Source: an uncultured Pseudomonadota bacterium (GTDB taxonomy: Bacteria > Oederibacteriota > Muellerivitia > Muellerivitales > Muellerivitaceae). From it: a stretch of 22,258 nt of DNA. The first letter of the stretch is position 1, and each line of letters starts with the position of its first letter. The notes under the pieces are model-generated. The model did no database searches, had not been told where the DNA came from, and was given only the letters and a program-made list of their open reading frames with translations. The DNA lies in contig CAWJKT010000025.1 of NCBI GenBank assembly GCA_963843375.1, positions 1 to 22,258 of the forward strand, given 5' to 3'. Both the position numbers and the translations under genes were made by a program. Of this stretch, positions 16,476 through 22,258 are shown piece by piece.

Positions 16476-17453
16476 ATGACGCAAGTTAAGTGGTTAACGG
16501 TTTTTTTATGTTTGACTTTTCCTTTATATGCTGATGAAGGTCTTTTGACCATACATCTATTGGAAAAGTCTACAGTTGTTGGTCCGCAAGTGAGTTTGGG
16601 AGACGTTGCGGAGATAACTGGAAATAATAGAGCGATGATTGAGAGGGTACGACGTTTAGTTGTAAGCCGGGCGGCGCCTTCGGGAGAGCGAATCAAGATT
16701 AACCAAGGCTATGTTAAGGTTGTTCTTCGCCGCGAGGGTTTTTCCCTGGATGACTTTGCATTTGAAGGCGCAGATACAACGGAAGTATTGACCCAGAGCC
16801 AGGTTTATTTCTCCGACGAACTTCTTCCCGAGGCGAAGTCGTTTGTTTTGGGGGAAATTAACGAACCTACTGAAGACATTGAAGTGAAATTGGATGGGGA
16901 TAATAGAAAAATAATTTTGCCGGCCGGCAAAGTCACTGCAAATTTTCGACCGTCATTTTCGGGGAAATACGACGGTGCGGTTTTATTGACAGTGGAGTTG
17001 GAAGTGGACGACCATTTGATAGAGGTACTGCCTTTACGCTTGACGGTGGATGTTTATCGACCGGCTGTGGTAACGACCAAAAGGGTTGAAAAGGGTGAAG
17101 TTTTTACTGCTGGAAATATCGCTTTGGTTCGTGAGCCGAGTTCTAAAATAATGCAAGGATGTTTTCGCCAGTTAAATTACGTTTTGGGTCGTAAAGCTTC
17201 TGCCCCAATAATTCCGGATACGGTTATTCGGGTAAATGATATTTTTGATCCCCCGGTTATTACTCGGGGCAAGATAGTTCAGGCGATAATGCGGCTTGGA
17301 AATGTGGAACTCACCGTGGATGCGAGGGCGGTTGAAGATGGTAAGGCCGGGGATATTATCCGGGTTGAGAACTCGGATTCGCATAAAGTTCTTCGGGCCA
17401 AGGTTTTGGATGAAAAAACGGTTTTAATTCAAAACGATGAACCGAAGTATTAG
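16476..17453 (+). CDS. flgA: P-ring formation chaperone FlgA (long form)
   Basis: Signal peptide, N-terminal 'VSLGDVAEI' domain, C-terminal SAF/ChapFlgA motif 'ARAVEDGKAGDIIRVENSDSHKVLRAKV'; sits between flgG and flgH. Confidence 0.9.
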   Translation: MTQVKWLTVFLCLTFPLYADEGLLTIHLLEKSTVVGPQVSLGDVAEITGNNRAMIERVRRLVVSRAAPSGERIKINQGYVKVVLRREGFSLDDFAFEGADTTEVLTQSQVYFSDELLPEAKSFVLGEINEPTEDIEVKLDGDNRKIILPAGKVTANFRPSFSGKYDGAVLLTVELEVDDHLIEVLPLRLTVDVYRPAVVTTKRVEKGEVFTAGNIALVREPSSKIMQGCFRQLNYVLGRKASAPIIPDTVIRVNDIFDPPVITRGKIVQAIMRLGNVELTVDARAVEDGKAGDIIRVENSDSHKVLRAKVLDEKTVLIQNDEPKY

Positions 17454-17472
17454 TTAGATGGGAGACATGTTA

Positions 17473-18087
17473 ATGAAAATGTGCTTTTTGATTTTGATCG
17501 GATTCGGAGTTTTGGCGGTGGATCAAGGTCTTTTGGCCGATTCGCTTTATCCAAGTGAAGGGTCCAATTCCATTTATACCGAGAAACGGGCGCGCCGAGT
17601 CGGCGACGTGATCACGGTAATGATTGAAGAAAATACCGCTGCTTCTCAAGCGGCTGGAAGTCAATATAACAAAAATGCCAGTGTGGCCTTGGGGGCGGGG
17701 TCTGGGTTTTTAGGTGCAGGCTCCTACGGCGGGGGTGTCCTCAATTCACCTAGCCAGATAGGTATTGGAGCTAGTTCCGCGCACCAAGGACAAGGTACTT
17801 CCAGCCGAAGCACGACGGTTACGGGGGAAATGACTGCCAAAATTCTTTCGGTTTTACCCAATGGAAATTATCAAATTTCGGGTAGCCGCTATGTTGAAGT
17901 TAATGATGAAAAACAAACGATCGAAGTTACAGGTGAGATACGTGCGGATGATATTTCCAAGGAAAACACGATTTCTTCCCAACGGATCGCGAATGCTAAA
18001 ATTAAGTTCACTGGTACGGGCCCCGCGACGGAGGTGGCCCAACCCGGAATATTAACCCGTGTTTTAGGTTGGTTAGGGCTCTTTTAG
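17473..18087 (+). CDS. flgH: Flagellar L-ring protein FlgH
   Basis: 'RARRVGDVITVMIEE', 'VLPNGNYQISG', 'GEIRADDISKENTISSQRIANAKI'. ATG 17473 is best spaced from GGAG (the track starts at 17458). Confidence 0.93.
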   Translation: MKMCFLILIGFGVLAVDQGLLADSLYPSEGSNSIYTEKRARRVGDVITVMIEENTAASQAAGSQYNKNASVALGAGSGFLGAGSYGGGVLNSPSQIGIGASSAHQGQGTSSRSTTVTGEMTAKILSVLPNGNYQISGSRYVEVNDEKQTIEVTGEIRADDISKENTISSQRIANAKIKFTGTGPATEVAQPGILTRVLGWLGLF

Positions 18088-18104
18088 AAAACCTGGAGGA
18101 AATT

Positions 18105-19217
18105 GTGATCGGCAAAAAAAAAGAAATATTATTTCTGATGATTTTTGTTCTTTGCGTTGGGACTGCCCAGTCCGCTCAGGTTCGATTAAAAACCATTGCG
18201 ACAGTAAAAGGGGTTCGGGAAAATCAATTGATTGGGTATGGCTTGGTGGTCGGTCTTCAGCGAACGGGTGATACGCAAAGGGTTGTTTCTACTTTGCAAA
18301 GCATAACTAACATGTTGATGAATTTTGGGATCAAAATTAGTTCGGACCAGATTCGAACCCAAAATGTTGGTGCCGTTATGGTCACGGCCCAATTGGCGCC
18401 ACTGTTAAAATCAGGCGATAAAATTGATGTTACGGTTTCTTCCATCGGCGATGCCAGAAGCCTGCAGGGTGGAACTTTGTTGATGACCCCTCTCCAAGGC
18501 CCTGACGGGCAAGTTTATGCTGTAGCTCAAGGACCACTCGCTGTGGGTGGTTTTTCAGATAATACGGGAGAGTTTCCTTTAATCCAGGTTAACCATACGA
18601 CTGTGGGCCGGGTGCCAAATGGCGCATCCGTGGAACGGGAAGTTCCTTCCACTTTTGTTGATAATGACACCATCTCAATCCTTTTGGATCGTCCGGATTT
18701 TGGCCAGGCATCCTTAGTCACACAAGCCCTTAACCAACAATTTGGCGAACAAGTAGCCAAAGCGCTGGATGGCGGGCAGGTTGATGTGAAAGTCCCCTTT
18801 AATTATCGTGATAATGTTGTTGATTTTATTGCTGCCGTTGAAGATGCGTCGGTGGCGACTGATTCTCCCGCCAATCGGGTTGTAGTTAATGAGAAAACGG
18901 GAACTGTTGTTCTTGGACAAGATGTAAGAATTGACGCTGTGGCAATTGCCCACGGGAATCTCCGATTGGTGATTAAAAAGACGACGGAAATCACTCACGA
19001 CGCAGTTTTTGGACACGATGAACTCACGCATACGACTACTATCAGTTCTGATGAACCGGATAAGAAAGGCAATTTGGTGGTCTTGCCGGAGGGCGCAACC
19101 TTGATGGATGTGGTTGAGGCGGTTAACGCAGTGGGAGCAACCCCGAGGGATTTGATTTCAATTCTTCAAGCGGTCAAAGAAGAAGGGGCATTACACGCTG
19201 AATTAGATATTCTTTAA
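18105..19217 (+). CDS. flgI: Flagellar P-ring protein FlgI
   Basis: 'GVRENQLIGYGLVVGL', 'DVTVSSIGDARSLQGGTLLMTPL', 'GATPRDLISILQA...GALHAEL'; GTG 18105 after GGAGG. Confidence 0.97.
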   Translation: MIGKKKEILFLMIFVLCVGTAQSAQVRLKTIATVKGVRENQLIGYGLVVGLQRTGDTQRVVSTLQSITNMLMNFGIKISSDQIRTQNVGAVMVTAQLAPLLKSGDKIDVTVSSIGDARSLQGGTLLMTPLQGPDGQVYAVAQGPLAVGGFSDNTGEFPLIQVNHTTVGRVPNGASVEREVPSTFVDNDTISILLDRPDFGQASLVTQALNQQFGEQVAKALDGGQVDVKVPFNYRDNVVDFIAAVEDASVATDSPANRVVVNEKTGTVVLGQDVRIDAVAIAHGNLRLVIKKTTEITHDAVFGHDELTHTTTISSDEPDKKGNLVVLPEGATLMDVVEAVNAVGATPRDLISILQAVKEEGALHAELDIL

Positions 19218-19235
19218 AATTAAGGAACTTTAATA

Positions 19236-19706
19236 GTGAATCTTCCAACCCAAGCCGTTTCTTTTTTGCCGTTCGGACTGTCCGATCCTTCAAAGGCTTT
19301 CCCAGTGGAAGCAATGCAGAAGGCTTTTTCCCTTCAACCGAGTTTGGCCTCTAAAGCGGCGGATCAAGTAGTGATGGGACAATCGGGTTTATCGCACTTA
19401 ACCAAAAACCTATCGTCTACATCCTTGAATCCATTACACACATTACCCACCCATTCGGATGCTGAAATTCGACAAGTGTCTAAAAATTTCGAATCTATTT
19501 TTTTGCAGATGGTTTTTAAAGAGATGAGAAAATCCGTCCAAAAATCGAATTTATTGGGTAACTCACAAGGAATGGAAATATTTGAAAGCATGTACGATGA
19601 AGATTTAACCCAACAGCTTGCTTCCGCCGGGGGAGTGGGATTGGGACAAATGATTTATCAAAAACTAAAAGCCGTTACCGTACCCCATAAAAAAACCTTT
19701 TCATGA
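19236..19706 (+). CDS. flgJ: FlgJ rod-capping protein, rod-binding domain only (no muramidase)
   Basis: 'SKNFESIFLQMVFKEMRKSV...IFESMYDEDLTQQLA...GVGLGQMIYQKL'; 156 aa; follows flgI. Confidence 0.88.
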   Translation: MNLPTQAVSFLPFGLSDPSKAFPVEAMQKAFSLQPSLASKAADQVVMGQSGLSHLTKNLSSTSLNPLHTLPTHSDAEIRQVSKNFESIFLQMVFKEMRKSVQKSNLLGNSQGMEIFESMYDEDLTQQLASAGGVGLGQMIYQKLKAVTVPHKKTFS

Positions 19707-20137
19707 GTTTGGCGAATTGTTCGCGTTGCGGTAAGGTTTTTCCATTTTTTCCAGGTAGTAGGGACATTTGTCAAGCTTGCATTAAAGAAGAAGACGATAA
19801 TTATCTCAAAATTTTCCACTACCTTTCTACCCGTCCAAGTGCAACAGCTTCCGAAATAGCCCAAGCCACCGAAGTTGATATCAAAGAAATTTATCGATAT
19901 GTTCGGGAAAACCGTCTTCGATTAGTCAAAATCGATACGGGTTTGAGTTGTGAAAGCTGTGGAATGCCGATTTCTCAGGGTGAAATTTGTGATAAATGCC
20001 TACAAAAGCTATCGGAAGAAATGAAGGGCGAAATCGATAAAATAAAGCAAATTAAGCCCAAAAAGCAGCTTCCAAGTCATGAACCGCGGGATCCCAAGTA
20101 CCTAAAAGACCGGCGCCGTAAAGATAAGGGCCATTAA
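19703..20137 (+). CDS. YvyF-family flagellar operon protein (TIGR03826-like Zn-ribbon/HTH)
   Basis: 'LANCSRCGKVF', CxxC, 'IAQATEV...YVRENRL', 'CESCG...ICDKC'; precedes flgM-flgN-flgK as in Bacillus. Confidence 0.85.
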   Translation: MSLANCSRCGKVFPFFPGSRDICQACIKEEDDNYLKIFHYLSTRPSATASEIAQATEVDIKEIYRYVRENRLRLVKIDTGLSCESCGMPISQGEICDKCLQKLSEEMKGEIDKIKQIKPKKQLPSHEPRDPKYLKDRRRKDKGH

Positions 20138-20224
20138 AACGGCCTTTTCCGGGGTTTTTGTATAAATGGCTTTATTTAAGCCTTTTCTGGCCCCGCTCTA
20201 AGTTCCCCTTAAACCATTTTATCC

Positions 20225-20251
20225 TAAAGTTTTTAAGGCTTAAACCGTTAG
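20225..20251 (+). promoter_or_regulatory. Candidate sigma-28 promoter of flgM
   Basis: TAAAGTTT-N11-ACCGTTAG versus consensus TAAAGTTT-N11-GCCGATAA (8/8 and 5/8, exact spacing), ending 28 nt before the flgM ATG. Confidence 0.7.
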
Positions 20252-20279
20252 GTTCCTTAGAAAACCAAGGAGTTTACCT

Positions 20280-20570
20280 ATGCGTATAGATGGATTTCAA
20301 AACATTCCAGCGGTTCTGCAGTCTTTGAAGACGGACAAGCAACTTAATTCCAATTCGGAAAATGATACAAGTCCGTCTTCTTCAGTCTCACTGAGTTCTT
20401 TTGCGGAAGTCCTTCAGTCATTACAGAGGAATCTGGCTCAAACGGCGAATGCCCGAAGTGCGAGGGTGGATCAATTAGCGCAAGAAGCGCAAAATGGAAA
20501 ACTTTCCGTTGATTTTGAAAAGTTGGCGTCAAATTTAGTCAGTTCCCAAGTGATTGATACCAAAGGATAA
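20280..20570 (+). CDS. flgM: Anti-sigma-28 factor FlgM
   Basis: 96 aa; 'SVSLSS', 'RSARVDQLAQEAQNGKLSVDFEKLA'; position before flgN; AAGGAG RBS; candidate sigma-28 promoter upstream. Confidence 0.82.
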   Translation: MRIDGFQNIPAVLQSLKTDKQLNSNSENDTSPSSSVSLSSFAEVLQSLQRNLAQTANARSARVDQLAQEAQNGKLSVDFEKLASNLVSSQVIDTKG

Positions 20571-20573
20571 CGA

Positions 20574-21065
20574 GTGAAAGACTTGATTCGTTCGTTAATT
20601 GAATGTTTGAAGAAGGAGACGGAACATTACCGTAAGCTCGGAGTTCTAGCCATTCAACAAAAAGAACTGCTAGTCTCAAGTAAGGTGGATTCCTGGAAAG
20701 ATAATTTTCGTCTTGAGGAAAAGGAAGTTTTTGCCTTGAATCCTTTGATCGGGGAGAGAAACGAATTATTGGCCAAGATCGCCAAAGCCAATGGGATGAA
20801 AACAATCGATTTGGAGGGTGTTTTAAAAAAATGCCCCATTGAAGAAGTTGAGGATTTTAAAACGAGCGTGATTGAGTTGATTGGCGCCGCCAAGTCAATG
20901 GAGGAAACCAACAAGGGCAACGAAAAACTTTTAAACAATGCCCTTTCTTACGTTAACTTTACTTTGAAGATTATAAAAACTGGGGGGAAGAAAAAATCCT
21001 TCTCTCCATCTTTGAAGCTGACATCGGAAGAAAACAGGCCGTCATTTGTTAACAGAGTTGTTTAA
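20574..21065 (+). CDS. flgN: Flagellar export chaperone FlgN
   Basis: Helical 163 aa protein with 'TNKGNEKLLNNALSYVNFTL' and a C-terminal 'FVNRVV'; lies between flgM and flgK. Confidence 0.85.
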   Translation: MKDLIRSLIECLKKETEHYRKLGVLAIQQKELLVSSKVDSWKDNFRLEEKEVFALNPLIGERNELLAKIAKANGMKTIDLEGVLKKCPIEEVEDFKTSVIELIGAAKSMEETNKGNEKLLNNALSYVNFTLKIIKTGGKKKSFSPSLKLTSEENRPSFVNRVV

Positions 21066-21074
21066 GGGGGACGA

Positions 21075-22258
21075 ATGATTAATTCTTATTCGGGATTTTA
21101 TACCATTACCCAAGGATTGCAAGTTGAGCAACTCCTTGAAAATATAACCGCTTCGAATTTGGCCAATCCTTCGGTGGATTCCAATGGATACTTGGTAAGT
21201 AGTCTTCAACAAGTTAACCTTGGCACGGGGCCTTCCGAAATTCTTTCGACCGCGAATGGAAATATAGCTGTTTCTTCGGGGCCGGCGGTCGAGTCGATCA
21301 CGAGTCTTCGTAGTTCATTCTTGGATTCCCAAATTCAAAATGAAAGCTCTATTTTGGGATCGGCTGAAATTTTGTCCAATTCCGCAGGCTCGGGCATATT
21401 AAATCTTATTAACAATATCGTGAATGGACCTTCTACATTAAGCGGTGCACTGACCACATTTGCAAATGATTGGGGTAATTTGGCTACCAACACCGGCACC
21501 AGCGCTGCTGTGGTAAACGCGGGCGTTGCGTTTGCCCAACTGGCGAATTCTCAGTTTGATCAATTGACTACCTTGCAACAAAACAATAATGCTCAAATCA
21601 ATAATTCGGTTTCCAAAATTAATCAGCTCCTGCAGCAATTGTCTTCCATCAACCAACAGCTTTTAAACTCCCAAGGCGCGGCAAACGTCAATAGCTTGTT
21701 AGATGCAAGAGATTATGCTTTGGATCTGCTTTCTCGACAGATAAATATCCAAACGAACATAGGCGTTGCCGGAACGGTAAGCGTTTATTTGGGCGGAAGC
21801 AGTGTGACTTTGGTGGATCCGTCTGGGGCAGCAATTTTGCAGACGAACTCGGAGAACCCGAATTATCCCGAACTTCTGGGCGTGACCATACAAAGTCCGG
21901 AAGGCGGATACTACGACACTAATGCATCGGAAACCCCGAACAATATGGCCCAATGGATTACCGGCGGTAACCTGGGCGGTGAACTTCAAGGCCAAAATAC
22001 AATCTTGTCCTACCAAGAGCAAGTTGATCAAATCGCCACTTCGGTGCTGAATATAACCAATTCCTTTAACGAAGCGGGTTACGGGGCGGGCGGATCGACT
22101 ACTGGAACCCCGTTTTTCTACGGTACTGGGGCCGCGAGCATTAGTGTAAACGCAGTTTTGCTTAGTAATAACAGTCTCGTTGGATCTTCACTTATTCCTA
22201 ACACCGACCCGAATTTTGGTCTGGTTAATCCAGCTTATTCGGCAGAGGGAATTTTATA
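21075..22258 (+). CDS. flgK: Hook-associated protein 1 FlgK (3' end outside window)
   Basis: Open frame from ATG 21075 (after AAGGGGG) to the window end: MINSYSGFYTITQGL...SNLAN...SITSLRSSFLDSQIQ...INQLLQQLSSINQQL...NSLLDARDYALDLLS...GGNLGG...GTPFF. Not listed in the ORF track because no stop falls in the window. Confidence 0.9.
   Translation, partial: MINSYSGFYTITQGLQVEQLLENITASNLANPSVDSNGYLVSSLQQVNLGTGPSEILSTANGNIAVSSGPAVESITSLRSSFLDSQIQNESSILGSAEILSNSAGSGILNLINNIVNGPSTLSGALTTFANDWGNLATNTGTSAAVVNAGVAFAQLANSQFDQLTTLQQNNNAQINNSVSKINQLLQQLSSINQQLLNSQGAANVNSLLDARDYALDLLSRQINIQTNIGVAGTVSVYLGGSSVTLVDPSGAAILQTNSENPNYPELLGVTIQSPEGGYYDTNASETPNNMAQWITGGNLGGELQGQNTILSYQEQVDQIATSVLNITNSFNEAGYGAGGSTTGTPFFYGTGAASISVNAVLLSNNSLVGSSLIPNTDPNFGLVNPAYSAEGIL

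Noticed and set aside
20136..20160. Possible terminator after yvyF
   Set aside because: The GC core does not form a clean stem.

Overview
The window is a single + strand bacterial flagellar gene cluster: (partial) fliR-flhB-flhA-flhF-flhG-flgV-like-fliA-fapA(DUF342)-SwrB/DUF6115-like-FliK_C-like-FlhB_C-like-[two PorV/UPF0164-like outer-membrane beta-barrel genes]-flgF-flgG-flgA-flgH-flgI-flgJ-yvyF-flgM-flgN-flgK (partial, missing from the ORF track). The gene order resembles Firmicutes/spirochetes, but L/P-ring genes show the cell is diderm. The most unusual element is the pair of tightly coupled secreted barrel genes, one with FlgD-Ig/CHU_C-like and one with FN3 C-terminal domains, inserted just before the rod and ring genes and near an FlgH that lacks a lipobox. 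fliA and flgG each carry an apparent single-base insertion (sequencing error or inactivation). FlgK is almost free of basic residues. Several candidate promoters, operators and intergenic RNA structures are visible. All family calls come from motif recognition by eye; no database searches were run.
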